DNA from: Macrostomum hystrix
Taxonomy: Eukaryota > Animalia > Platyhelminthes
DNA: 64,000 bases
Assembly: GCA_950097015.1 (NCBI GenBank)
Contig: CATNEN010000007.1
Span: forward strand, 8,804,001 to 8,868,000
Direction of reading: 5' to 3'
A program made the position numbers and the translations under genes. Position 1 is the first letter of the stretch. Every line of letters starts with the position of its first letter. A model generated the notes under the pieces. That model searched no databases. It saw nothing but the letters and a program-made list of their open reading frames with translations, and was not told the DNA's origin. This document shows positions 32,934 through 45,265 of this stretch, piece after piece.

Positions 32934-34665
32934 CATACTTATAAAAACAGACGCAGACAACATATCTACTGCTGATGCACTACAACAAAATGTCCGTGAC
33001 ACCTAGTAACAAAAGAAATCATCAACATTACTTCTGATTGTTTTTAATTGTGCAATCAGCTATGGACATCGGACTGCCGAGCATCTCCTGCGATCTCGCG
33101 AACTGTCAGTCTGGCAGCGGAATCATGCTAGTACTGCATTTTTTGACCCAGGAGTTTTTTGGCAGGCGATTCCTGGTCAGGGTCTGTCAGCTCCATTTCT
33201 CGGACAATCTTGCCCTATTCTTAAGCAACTGCATGTCTGCTAGCCTGAGGACTAAATATTGTTTACAGTAGAATCTCTGACAACTCAAGTTTGCCTCTGC
33301 TAAATTAAATGAGTCATTCCACAGCAACACCAATTTAATGAATGAAGAAATCAACAACCATTTTCGGTGAAGATCTAACAGAACTACAAAAGGGTCTTGA
33401 CAAAGACCCAATCATTCTTGCTTAAAATATAAACATAAAATAAATATAAAAAACAAAGCTTTTACAGTGTACCTCCCAGCAAACAGGGCGAATAATTTGA
33501 TATTGCAAGATCGACTGGTGGAACCAGTTCAAGAGTGGAAATACCTGGGATTCCGCATGAACTTCTTTTAGCTCGTCTCAGTAACCCCAATAGTTTGGTC
33601 TCCTCTGACCATCGCTCCCGATGAAAACGTGACTGTGGCCTTGAATCATGAATGAAGCGTTTTCGTCGTATTTAAATCGCTTTTTGAAGCATTTTGGAGT
33701 TGTACTGCGGGAGTGGAGGGAAAGTAATTCTGTGTGATTCAAAACCGTACACGTCCACGTCGTACACGTCGAAAAAGACGCGTGTTTGAAGCATTTCTGA
33801 GTTCACTTTAAAGCGTTTTGCGGAAACGCGTCTAAAACGATTCAGGTGACGCGTTTTAGTGGCGTTTCTGAATCGTTTTTTACTCGCACTTGAATCGTTT
33901 GAATTGGGCTATCGCTGGAGCGTATCTGACGCGTTGTTGAAGCGCGTTTGACTCGGAGTTTTAATTTTAGTGAGTTTTTCCTACCATTTCCGATTCCCTT
34001 CTGCTTCTAGTGGTACGTCCTTATAGTACCATATTTGTAGGAAAGGAATAAGCTACAAGAACTGTGCACACGTGGGGTCGTTTAATCCAAGAAATCATAT
34101 CTATAAATCTGTGTCCTGGTATCCATTGAAGTGTAAGCTTCTATCGAAAATTGTCTTCTTTAAGACAACACTCTGCCAATCAATAAAAATGTTTTATGCA
34201 TTACAACTTTCCTAGGTCGTGCACTGCAAAGAGACAATTTTTGTATTCCTTAAACTTTATTAAACTTTATAAGCACAGCTCAGTAGCTAAACAGACGCAC
34301 AAGCTTCAGGCTCGCACTTAAACGTAAATGTAGAGAATTATTTTAGCTTTCTTATGAAACAAAAAAATCTGTAGCACGATACGTAAGTCATCACTGTTTT
34401 TCTCCAAGTGGTGCGTTACAATTTCCTATCTGCCCAGTGTATTTTCGTGACAGCCAGTAAGCCCAGGTTTGGCGGGGAGTTGTCTCTCCAGTTTCCAGAT
34501 TCAGAGCTCTATGGCTACAGTGACACGTGAAAACTTCAGGTGATTCATCAGATCAAACTTAGTTCTATGGACATTCTTTGGTTACTAGCGACATATTGTG
34601 ATATTGTGGTATGAATAGATGACTCTTTCTTTTAATTTTACAGAAAAAATCTGCAATGCAAACTA

Positions 34666-36404
34666 CGAGTGGTATCCAAAAAGTCTTGGGACTTTTTCAC
34701 ATAACTCTTTTCAACAGCTAGCAAGAGTAACAACAGCAAATTTATTTTATAGCGGCTTTATTTACGAATGACACAGTTAAAGAATTTTGAAAATATCACT
34801 AACTGCTCAAAATTTATGCCTCCGTAACTGCAGTGGGGTGCTGTATCTGAATACATGAACAAGAACATGTATTTATTGAAGCGTTTTGAAGGTTTTATGG
34901 AGCGACAGGAAACAGAAGGTCAGCTGTCTTTCAAAAAAGTTCGAATGTCGTTCTCAGTGGCAACTGAGACCATCTCAACATAGTCACCCTTCAGTTGGAT
35001 GCACTTCTTCCACCGGGTAAGCATGCCGTCAATGGCACCTGTATATGCCTGCCTTGGCATTTCGTGGACAAGAACCCGTCGCAATTCTTTCTCAAGGCAG
35101 TCACGGCTGGCATGAACTCTGCCCCCCAGAAGCTGCTTGAGCTTCGGGAAGATGGCGAAATCAGCTGGTGCCAGGTCCGGTGAATACGGTGGGTGAGGCA
35201 GGAGGTTGAATTGCATTTTTTATTGTTTCGAGTGTCTTTTGTGCCGAGTGGTGCCGAGCATTATCATGATGAAGGAGCATTAGCTTCACTGGAGTTCCCC
35301 ACTTGTTAGGGATATCCTTCTTCAGCTTCTTCAGCGAATGAATGTAGCGGTCCGAATCGACAGTGGCATTTGGCTCCAGGAAGTCAACTGTCAGTGGCCC
35401 ATGACAGTCGAAAAAGAGCAACAGCATCACCTTCTGGGAATGGGTCTCACGTCGAGCCTTGATGGGCGCGTCAGAACCTTTCATCGTCCACACCTTGGAC
35501 TCCTCCTTGGTCGAAGAGTCGAAGTAGGGGATCCAAGTTTCGTCTCCAGTGACCACCAGAGAACGGGAAGAGCTCCATCCTCCATGTTGATCAACCAGCG
35601 TCAGATTGTCTTGGCAGGTCTGCACTCGCTGCATCTTTATGTCAGGGGTGAGAATTCTCGGAACCCACCGAGCACTCAGCTTGACCAGATCCATGTTTTG
35701 CATGCAGAGATGGACAGTTGACTTTGGTGTGTCCAACCGGTCAGCGATCTCGCGGATTGTCAGTCGAGCATCGGTTTCAATAAGGTCAAGGATTCGATCA
35801 CCCAGAGCTTTGGAAGCAGATGCTGGAGGTCATCCAGATCTTGGCAAATCAGCCACATCCGTACGCCCCAGCTCAAACTCTTCAATTGAGCAGTACACTG
35901 GGCTCCTGGATACTGCTTCAGGCCCATGAATTGTGCTCAGCTGTGTCAGAATTTCAGCACCATTCAACCTCATACGCCAGAGGTTGTAGGCCGAGCAATG
36001 CTGTGCTGTCTTCTAGAGGACATCCATGGATCCACAGAGCAAGCACTTGGCATCAAAGGCTTCAGCTTGCTCTGCATCGCAAAATGAGTCTCCTTAGTGG
36101 CTGTTTCATAGTGCCACACAAGCAGAAGCAAATGAACATTTTACCATCGATAGTGATGACGTGGCAAACATCATCACGCTAGAGATTTTGCGCGAAAGTT
36201 TAAATTTGGTTCATTTCTGTGAGATTTTAAAATTGTAGTTCAGTTCGAGTTCCTGTTCATGTATTGAGATGCAGTTACCCACTGCAGTTAAAGAGGCATA
36301 ACTTTTGAACAGTTATTGATATTTTCAAAATTCTTTAACTGTCATTTGTCAAAAAAGCCGCTATAAAATAAATTTATTGCTGTTACTCTTGCTAGCTGTT
36401 GAAA
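34666..36404 (-). mobile_element. Mariner (DD34D) DNA transposon with decayed transposase (~34920-36027)
   Basis: WVPRIL, VTGDETWI, HHDNARHH and HPPYSPDLAPADF, with stops and frameshifts. Imperfect ~160-bp inverted repeats at 34710-34866 and 36250-36404; left tip TA|CGAGTGG. Confidence 0.9.
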
Positions 36405-36659
36405 CGATGTTGTTGAAGCATAGCCTCATTTGCAGCCGAAGCATTTTTGCGAGCATTATCCCTGAGAGGAATTTTTTGTTAACATTACACCGGAGAAGGC
36501 TTTTGCGAACATAACCTCTGAGAGGGCTTATTTGCGAAATTTGCCCGCCCGCGAGAGGGTTTTTGGTCCGCCCTATTTGGAATCGTTTAATCGAATAGCT
36601 CCCAGACTGGCTATCCATTCCATATACTCCATATTATAATTATAATAATAACTATTCTA

Positions 36660-36945
36660 ATTGATTGCACTAGGACTAATTGGGTCAGATGTGCAGCCGA
36701 CAGCACAGCCGCAGCTATTGTGCGGCGCATCTGAAGGCTGTTCAGTCCATGGACTCGGCGGACGCCACAAGACCATTAATCTCCCCAGCTGATGCTGTTA
36801 CCCATTTAACAGCTGGGTGAGCTGGAGCACTGCAGAGTTAAGTGTCTTGCTAAAGGACACACATTGTTCCAGTGGAGTCGAGAATCGAACCCCCGACCTT
36901 CAAGTCGTGAGTCCGCTGCTCTAACCACTAGGCTACAACCCCAAC
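36660..36945 (-). mobile_element. tRNA/CORE-like SINE family B
   Basis: Homologous to 16225-16500. Confidence 0.78.
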
Positions 36946-37116
36946 CATTTCTACGTAAGTAGCTCGCAGTGCCACTCACTGAATAATTGGCCAAGGGGTT
37001 CTCGACCAATTACAAGCTATCGAAATGAGGAATTTCAATATTTTTATTTATATGAGCAGTGATCACTGCTACCTGCGCATGCAATAATTTATAGAAGCTA
37101 TTTTGCTAAAGACGAA

Positions 37117-37993
37117 ATGAAACGCTTTTCTACCCAGCTGTACTTCCGACTGCTCCTGCTGCAGCTCCCATCAGCGGTGCTGTGCGCATCCCTGATCTCC
37201 ATGTTCCAACTGGAGACAGCAGAATTCCACGTTGCTGTTGAGCAGACGATGAGTAGCGGTCACTTGTCGCACTGCCTGTCCCTGTGCACAACAAGAAAGT
37301 GGTGCATGGGAGCTCGTTTCACGGGCTCAGAGTGCCTCCTGCTGCTGCCCGATGATGAGGCAGCGCCGTCTGCTGCTGTGGTCCTCACAAAGCTGGGCTT
37401 TGCAGGTGAGAACAGCCAAGATTCGATTTCCAGTGCCACTGTATGGCGAGTATTGACTGAATACTCAGCTGCTACTGGTGAAGTCTGAGTGCAAGTTTAA
37501 TTAATAATTAATAGGCTGCAGTTTGGGTCCATGCAGAAATTGATGCCACATTGACAACTTAACTTAACATGAAACGTTGTCCTCTTTATGAAACGTGAAA
37601 GGCATGACGCAGCTCCACCTGTCCGATTGCCGTCAGAGCACCGCATTTTCGCTCGAAAACATGTGCGGCAAGGCCATCGACGGCAACTTAAGTCAAGTGC
37701 ACGATGCCTGCTCCAGCACTGCCGTCGGCCCGAAGCAGTGGTGGGAATCCGACACGGACAAAGAGGCTTTTGTCACGAAGGTGGCGCTCTACAATCGGGT
37801 TGAGTGCTGCCCTGAGCGACTGAACAACTTTACCATTGAAATGGACGGCGTCACCTGCGTTAACTTCACCACTGAGACCGCCTTCTCTGTGCGAAACTTC
37901 ACCTGCAAACAATGGGGTCAGAGGCTGCGAGTGACCAGCCAATTCAATCAAAAACTGACCATTTGTGAGGTGATCGCCTACGGCTTCATTTGA
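37117..37993 (+). CDS. Secreted PAN-like + F-type lectin (fucolectin-fold) protein, 2 exons
   Basis: Exon 1 37117-37405 (alternative donor 37477): signal peptide and CLSLCTTRKWCMGARF..ECLL. Phase-1 intron. Exon 2 37602-37993: CRQST..KAIDGN..CSST..QWWESD..VALYNRVECCPERL..GQRLRV..LTICEV. Confidence 0.8.
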
Positions 37994-38412
37994 GCTGGCC
38001 AATCAGCTGCGTGCAAATGCAGGCTGCTATTTCGCCTGACATGGCTACCGCGGCGATGTTAAAGTTAAAGAAAACGTAATGTCTCTAAAAACTTTCTCCC
38101 TCATAATTTACTGAATTCTTCTTTGTCTAGTACCTTTGCAAGAGCTGTTATTAGTCCGACGTGCATTCCTGCTTGAGTTTCTATCAACATCTGGGCGCAT
38201 TGTTATGGGGTGTAGTGCACTGCGTTGCCCTCTCCCTCCCATGCTGGCATAGCGTCACTGCCAACGTGCACTGCCCTTGGCATGTACTTTGTGTTGCGTA
38301 ATGCGCTCATGACTGGGCTGCACGTCGGCAGCCACTATGTGGCTGCGACTATATAAGAACTCAAATATACGGCCCAAGAGGCCACGTTCCTTACTCACTC
38401 AACGGCACTACA

Positions 38413-41400
38413 ATGGCGTCGCAAGTCAGTTTGTTTTTTCAAACCCCACGCGCACTGGACTTGCGCACGGACCCTAGCACAGCCCAAACAAAATGGAAGA
38501 AATGGCTCGCCCAGTTCCAGCTGTTCACGGTCACCGCAGGCATCGACGATAAGAAGCGGCTGCGCCAGCTGCTACTGTACACCGCCGGCGAGGACCTGCA
38601 GGCGATCGCGGCCGGCCTCACCAACGAGGCGGCGGGCAAGGACGTCGACACACTCGTTGCCGCGCTCAATCAGCACTTCGACGGCAAGCGGAATCTGCCG
38701 TTCACCCGCTACCAGTTCAGGCTCTGCACCCAGCGCCCCGGTGAGCCCATAGATGACTGGCTCCAGCGCCTCAAGGACGCCGCCGACTGCTGCGCCTTCG
38801 GAGACCTGCGAGAGTCTCTGATCCGTGATCAGGTGATTGCCTGCTGCAGCTCCGACCATCTCCGTCGAAAGCTGCTAGCCATCGACAACGTGGACCTGGA
38901 GCAGGCGGTGCGGGCGGCCCGGGCCATGGAAGCGGCGGAGGCCCAAGCGAGCGTTATGGAGGCCAACGATGCATCTGTGCAGCGGCTCCGACGTCAGGAG
39001 GCCGGTGCAGCAGCCCCTGCAGAGCGGGACGGCCGACAGGGCAGCCGCGAGACAAGCAGCCGAACGGCGGGCAGACCAGGTGCATCAGGTGCGGAGCCCC
39101 CGGCCACCGCACGTGCAGCGCAGCCGAAGGCAAGACGTGCAACCGCTGCGGCAAGCGAAATCACCTGGCGAGGGCCTGCCTGTCCCGGCCGAAGGAAGAC
39201 GTCCACGTCCTGCAGGCCGAGAGCGACAGCTCAGCGGCGGAGGACGGCGTGTTCTGCCTGACCGTGGCAGCCACAGGAACCGCGGCAGCCGGAGCCCAGA
39301 CGTCGGTGTTCGTCGGTTCAACGCAGCTGCCCGTGCTTGTGGACAGCGGCGCTGACTGCAACATCATCACCGAGCAGGCCTGGCAGATACTGCCGGGACC
39401 CCCGCAGCTGCAGGCAACTCGCACGATGATCTTCGTCTTCCGCTCGCCGAAGTCGCTCAGCACTCTGGGAGCCTGCAGCCTGCGGGTGTCAACGGGGCAG
39501 AACAGTAGGACGGTTCGCTTCATCGTCGTCCCCGGCGGCGGCACCAACATCCTGGGACGTGAGGCCTCGACTTCGCTCCGGCTCCTGAGCCTAGGGCCTC
39601 AGGTCCATGCGATCGAGGCAACCGAGACGGAGGACCCCACGATCCAGGCGGTCGTCAGGCAATTTCCCGAGCTCTTCAGAGGCCTCGGAAAGGTCAAGGA
39701 TGTCTCTGTGCAGATCAACATCAAATCCGACGCCAGACCAATCTGCCACCCGCCCTCCCGCGTTCCGGTGCACCTCCGGGAGGCGCTGGACCGCGAGCTA
39801 GACGAGCAGGAGCAGCTGGGCATCATCCAGCCAGTCGAGGGCCCCACGCCGTGGGTCAGCCGCATCGTCGTGGTGCCGAAGGAGGACGGCAAGAGCGTGC
39901 GGATCACGCAGGATCTGCGCGACGTGAACAAGGCGGCGCTGAGGGAGCGACACCAGATCCCGACATTCGAGGAGGCGACAAGCGACATGGCTGGCTCATC
40001 GATCTTCAGCAAGCTCGACATTTTCAACATTTTCATTTTAACAGTCCGTCAAGGAGGTCCGGTCGTTCCTCGGCCTGGCCAACCACCTGGAGAAGTTCAT
40101 GCCGCAGCTAGCGGACAAGGCGGAGCCGCTCAGGCGGCTGACACGGAAGGGCCAGGAGTTCGTCTGGGACAGCGAGCAGCAGCAGGCCTTCCAGAACGTC
40201 AAGGACTGCATCTCGGAGAGCTGCACCCTGGCCTTCTTCGACAAGCAGCTGCCAACAGAGCTAGTGGTCGATGCATCGCCCGTTGGCGTCGGCGCCATCC
40301 TGCAGCAGCGGCACCCCGGTGGGCAGACCCGGCCGGTGGCCTACGCGAGCCGCACCCTCAGCGAGGTCGAGCGGCGCTACAGCCAGATCGAGCGCGAGGC
40401 CCTGGGCGTCAAGTTCGGCTGCCTAAAGTTCGCGTTCTACCTGGAGGGCTGTCCTCACTTCGACGTCCTCACTTCTCGCCCGACTGGCGAGAACGTGGTG
40501 GTCCTTGTGGACTACTTCAGCCGGTACCCGGACACCTACGTGGTGCGCAGCCTCATGAGCGCCAGCATCATCACCTGCGCCATGGCCTCGTTCAGCCGCT
40601 TCGGCGTGCCAAAGCAGATCACCACGGACAACGCGACCTACTTCACGAGCGAGGAGTTTAAAGAGTTCCTCGACGGCCTCGGAGTCCAGCACCGCAGGGT
40701 CACCCCACTCTACCCGGCAGCGAACGGCGAGGTCGAGCGATTCAAACGCAGCCTCTTGACTTGACTTAGCTGCAGGGGGCATCTTCCGGATGCAGCGGGG
40801 AGGCGTTGCCGCCCATTCCGCTAGCCCCTGGCGACCACGGGCAACTAGAGCTGCGGTGTCGCGCAGGGGGATCCGGTGGTGCCGGCGTCCGCAGCGCGGT
40901 CCTCCTCCGGAGTGTCCAGGAGGTGGAGGGTTGCTCGCCCGGTGGCCCTCAGGTATCGGACGAGCTGGCAGATGTTCTCAGGCCTGAAAACGTCGGGGAG
41001 ATCCGGGTTTGGGCCGAGATAGGTGAGCCGGTCCTGAGTGAAGGCGGGGCAGTCGCAAATAAAATGCTCTGCATCCTCGACATAGGAGAGGCAGAAGGGG
41101 CATTCCTCACTGCGGATTTTGACTTGCAGGAAGCGGTGCCTGGCGAAACAGCCATGGCCAGAGAGGGCCATGGTGACTGCCCTGATGTCCTTGCGGTTCA
41201 GTCCAAGCAAGGCTTTGCGAAGGGCAGTGGAGGGACAAGGGACAGCAGTGCGAGACTGCCGACAATCGGCGGTATTGATCCATCTGTCCTTGTGCTTTGA
41301 GGTCACCCACTGGTTAATCCGAGTGTTGACGACGGCGGTAGGGGTGGAGACCGCAGGCACGGGGCCAAAAAGCGAGCCCGTCGAACCGGCCTTGGCGAGG

Positions 41401-42441
41401 CTGTCGGCCAATTCGTTACCAGGGTGGCCAGAGTGCCCTGGAATCCACCTTAGGGACACCTTGTTGTGGGTCCCTAAGCGGTTGAGTTGCGCGACGCAGT
41501 CGAGGACTGTGCGCGAGCAGGTGTGCGTGCGTCCAAGGGCATGGATCGCCGCCTGGCTGTCCGAGTGGAGGAAGATTTCTGCTCCATGGACGTTTTGGTT
41601 GATCAGCTCCAGGGCGCAGGAGCTGATGGCGAGAACTTCGTTCTGGAAAACAGTAGAGTTTATGCCGGTGTGCTGGGAGAAGGTCGCCACAGTTTTCCCT
41701 CCGGACATAATGCAGTAGCCGAAACCAGAGACCGAGTTGATTTGCGATCCGTCGGTGAAGCAGTGAATTTCACGGTGTTGGCCGTGGTCACGTACTTCCT
41801 GGCGAGGCGGAATGCTGGTTTTGAATTTTTGCGGTGGGCACAGCGTCGTCGGCAGCCTCAACAAGTGTGTCAACGCCGCGGCAGCGGAGGGCAAGGACTG
41901 GCGCCGGGCCATCCATGAGTGGTTGCTCGGCTACCGCAACTCGGTGCACCGCGGCACGGGCCGTTCGCCCAACGACCTCATGTTCAACAGGGCCGTCGGC
42001 GACCTTCTGCCTGCCGGCCCTGCGGAGCAGCTGGACGACGCCGGACGGCAGCTGCAGCGTCATGACCGCAGCTACAAGCAGGCGATGCGCCGCGCGGCCG
42101 ACACGCGACGAGCGGCAGCGCCACACGGCATATCGGCGGGCGCCCGCGTGCAGCTTAGGAACCGCGGCAAGGCCAAACTGCGGTGCCCGTTCGACCCGCG
42201 CCCCTGGCTCGTCAAAGCGGTCCACGGCGATGCTTTGACGCTGGAGAGAGGCGAGGCCGTGCTGCGGCGGCACGTGACTGAGACCAAGCCGCTGCGCGAG
42301 TGCCCCTGGGAGCCGGACGAACCGCTGGACGGCCGGCCCGCTGATCCGCAGCCCGCCACAGAAGGCGGCGCTACGGACGGTGCCAAAGCGCAGAGGCCCC
42401 ACCCCAGGCAGGCTAAGAGGCACATCTGCTATAAGGAGTGA
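38413..42441 (+). pseudogene. Disrupted gag-pol of the second Gypsy element
   Basis: Frameshift before the CIRC/CNRC knuckles; RT YxDD region deleted; integrase ERFKRSL|NKCV split by an insertion. Confidence 0.85.
40756..41851 (-). mobile_element. 5'-truncated RNase H-bearing non-LTR element (I/LOA/R1-group) inserted antisense in the Gypsy integrase
   Basis: TSD GCAGCCTC (40748-40755, 41852-41859); FTDGS, TVFQNE, SDSQAA, WIPGHSG.PGNELAD (RNase H); [14 protein letters not shown] knuckle; short (AGTCA)n tail. Confidence 0.88.
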
Positions 42442-44166
42442 CTGTAGTGACAGGGTCTGACAGGCATCTTTCCATGCGAACTATTTGCGGTTTATTTTGC
42501 GCTCCGATTTTTCAAGACCCACTCAATGCGCCGCGCGTTTGACCTTTTTTTACTCTGAGGGGGAGAGATGTAGTGCACTGCGTTGCCCTGTCCCTCCCAC
42601 GCTGGCATAGCGTCACTGCCAACGTGCACTGCCCTTGGCATGTACTTTGTGTTGCGTAATGCGCTCATGACTGGGCTGCACGTCGGCAGCCACTATGTGG
42701 CTGCGACTATATAAGAACTCAAATATACGGCCCAAGAGGCCACGTTCCTTACTCACTCAACGGCACTACATGGGTTCTGAGCAATTTAAGAGCAGAAAAA
42801 ATCGCAGGAGCGCAGAGAACTAAACTACAATAAACAGAATTTAAAGAGGCACGCTTAAAAAAGAAACCTCTATTGTCATCCGTGAGCAAGCAAAGCAAAA
42901 TCAGTGCCTTCGAGCAGATCAGTTCTGCATCTCTGTCAATGAACCTGCTTGCTCGCTGCACAGTTGCACCTCTACCAGCTGAAGCGATTTTCATCATTTT
43001 CATCGTTGGAAGTAGATTTTCATCACTCATTAGAAACAATGCGAGCCCCTTGCTCAAAAGCTCTAGGAACCTCTTGTGATGCGGGTCTATTGATTTCCAT
43101 CGCGAAATCTAGCTGCATGAGGAGCATCGGCTGAGCATCAGATGTCGCACACAGAACTGAGAGCAGTCCTGCGCCAACTCAATTTTGAGTTGCCGACGCT
43201 ATGACGATGACTTTACGAATTTGCCCGTCCCGTGCCCGTCCCGTCCCGTGCCCATAGCAGAGTGGTGATTTGGCTACTATACCCATATACGGGGATTTAA
43301 TAGCTCTAAACGGAAAATATACTATACAGTACTAAACCATACTACTTATAAATATAAAAACGCTTTAGTGCTATATGCTACTGATAAACAAGTAGTCAAT
43401 ACGGAGAGACGATTGGAAACATTTTTATTGAGAATATTATTTTCTCAGAGGATGAGCACCCTAGGTTTGGGATCTTGAGTTTGGGATTAGACTTTTGGCG
43501 CTAATTTGATTGTCTTGGCACACTTTTTGCAGGTACTCGTATTTGTTTTGGGCTGGGAGGCTCTTATCAGGAATATGGAGACAGGTTTTTTGTGCTAGAC
43601 TAACTGATCTGGAATAATAGAGACTAGAGACAGATTTTTGGAGAGGCAAGGACCCTTTGTTTCCTGATCTCTTCGGTAATAATAAAGCTAATAGATTATG
43701 GATTATGGCGACTGCGTAAACGTTTGTCCCAGATAGCCCGTCTTGCATACTACTCGGTTAGAAGGCAGGCTAATACATTTAGCCTGTCCGTCATCTGCCC
43801 GATATCGGTTTAATGTACGTACTTCAACTGAAACTTGATATGCTTAAAGCTATTTTTGCCATGTATTGCTACTTTCAGTAGTCACGTACGATGGAAGCAG
43901 AGTTGACTAAATATTTAGATAAAGCTAAATTGCGAAGCTAATATTATTGAGAAAGACTTGGCAATAGAGATATCCCAAAAGGCCTCGTTAATTTACTGCA
44001 TTCGAAGGTTCAGAAATATTCTGACTGACAGTTAAAAAATAAGCTGCACAGGAAAAAGTCTTGCATACTACTCGAGTATTATTTTTGCTTGGCTTATTTC
44101 TGCAGCTTCGATAGCCTGAAAATTCTCTAGTGAAGACTTTCATGCCTCCGCTGTCCACAGACTCAC

Positions 44167-44634
44167 CAGCAGCGGCCGTTGTCTAGCAGGCGTCGGTTCG
44201 CGCCCAACCGATCTGGCAACCGCGTCAGAGCAGAGTCGGCGAACCAGAGCGACACCCGCCAGGTCGGCCGGTTGGACGATGCGAAACAGGACCAGACGGC
44301 GCTGCCGCGGGCCCATCGGCTTGCCGGGCTGGGGGGCGGCCCGCCTCAGGTAGCGGTAGGCGCACAGGTAGTGATTTCGGCAGCCGCCATCGCTGATGAA
44401 GCCGACCCCGGCGATGTCGTCAAAACTGAAGACAACCATTTCACTGTCCTCCTTAGCCGCTGCTGACGATGGTGCCGTGGCCGTGGCCAGCCGCACAAAT
44501 AGCAGAGCCGCTGGTTCGATTCGCAGTTGCCAGGCGCCCTGGCGGCCAAGCAAGTGGCCCCTGATCCCGTCTGGTACAGCCTTTGCCGGCACTGATGAAG
44601 CAGCAAGCTCGCCATCTTCCTCCGTTGCTGCCAT
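44167..44634 (-). CDS. SPHK: Sphingosine kinase exon 1 (5' extent uncertain; frame open to 44922)
   Basis: Ends ...RQRPLL|GTGAGT and splices in phase 0 to VLLNPRSG at 19314, restoring the conserved RxLLVLLNP motif. Confidence 0.8.
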
Positions 44635-44929
44635 GGCTGCGGTGGCTGCCTTCGCGATGTCAGCGTCGTCAATGACTTCGTCTTCTTCGCTGTGTACTTG
44701 ACCGTCAGCTGTCAGCAGGCGGACGGCGCACTCGATTGCCTCCGCCGCGGCTTCTGGTTTTGAGGTCGACTTTGAACTGCGCGATTTGACGGAATGATAA
44801 GAGGGGTTTGAGTTAGGCTTTGTGGCTCTTGTGGCGAAATACAATAACTTAAAGCAAAAGCTTGAATATCTCGATGATCTGGAGAGCTTGCGACTCGATT
44901 CTTGTTTCACAAAGTGCGCCACAAGAATT

Positions 44930-45265
44930 TAGCCAGCATTCTTAAATTTCTTTCGTCTGTCATGGGAAAATCCACACTTTGGTACTTCCACAACCCGTTC
45001 CACAACCGCAACAAGGGCCAGAATATAATTCTGCTGGGAGTCCGCGGGCCAGATAGCAAATAGGTAGCATCCTTCCTCTCAACAGCAGACATTCATGCAT
45101 AGGGTGATGCTTGCTGCTCAGCTTCCCAGTGGCGGTCTTGAAGCAGATGAGGCGCTGGGTTTGGCCGAAGCGTTCAGTGAAGAAATACTTCTCCTTCCGC
45201 TCTGGGTTAAATATGCGATGTTCAAGGTCAAATTTTCTTTTCTTTGAAGGTGCTGCAGACATGAT
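44930..45265 (-). mobile_element. hAT (SPIN/GTF2IRD2-type) transposase N-terminal fragment
   Basis: KKRKFDLEHRIFNPERKEKYFFTE..QRLIC resembles the SPIN/Buster zinc-finger N-terminus. Confidence 0.6.

Larger units (their letters stand above)
38211..42770 (+). mobile_element. Degenerate Gypsy (Mag-like) LTR retrotransposon
   Basis: 202-bp LTRs 38211-38412 and 42569-42770 (2 mismatches seen); flanks TGGGG/TGGGT; PBS TGGCGTCGC. Gag, VDSGA protease, partial RT/RNase H/integrase with internal deletions near 40030 and 40470. Confidence 0.92.
19685..44072. mobile_element. Composite Polinton/Maverick-type element (deleted endogenous dsDNA virus) bounded by 6-bp TSD CGAGTA
   Basis: Left end AGTAGTATGCAAGA(G)GGGCTATCTGGGACAAACGTTTACGCAGTCGCCATAA (19685-19736) recurs inverted, ending at 32243 and 43754. 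A 15-nt tip GTCTTGCATACTACT ends at 44072. CGAGTA lies at 19679-19684 and 44073-44078. Contains integrase, ATPase and penton remnants. Confidence 0.8.

Noticed and set aside
33470-33960. Possible MITE starting CCCAGCAAACA with GCGTTT-rich subrepeats
   Set aside because: No matching inverted terminus or TSD could be found.
42749-43200. Possible coding fragment on the minus strand
   Set aside because: No motif recognised and no clear exon boundaries.
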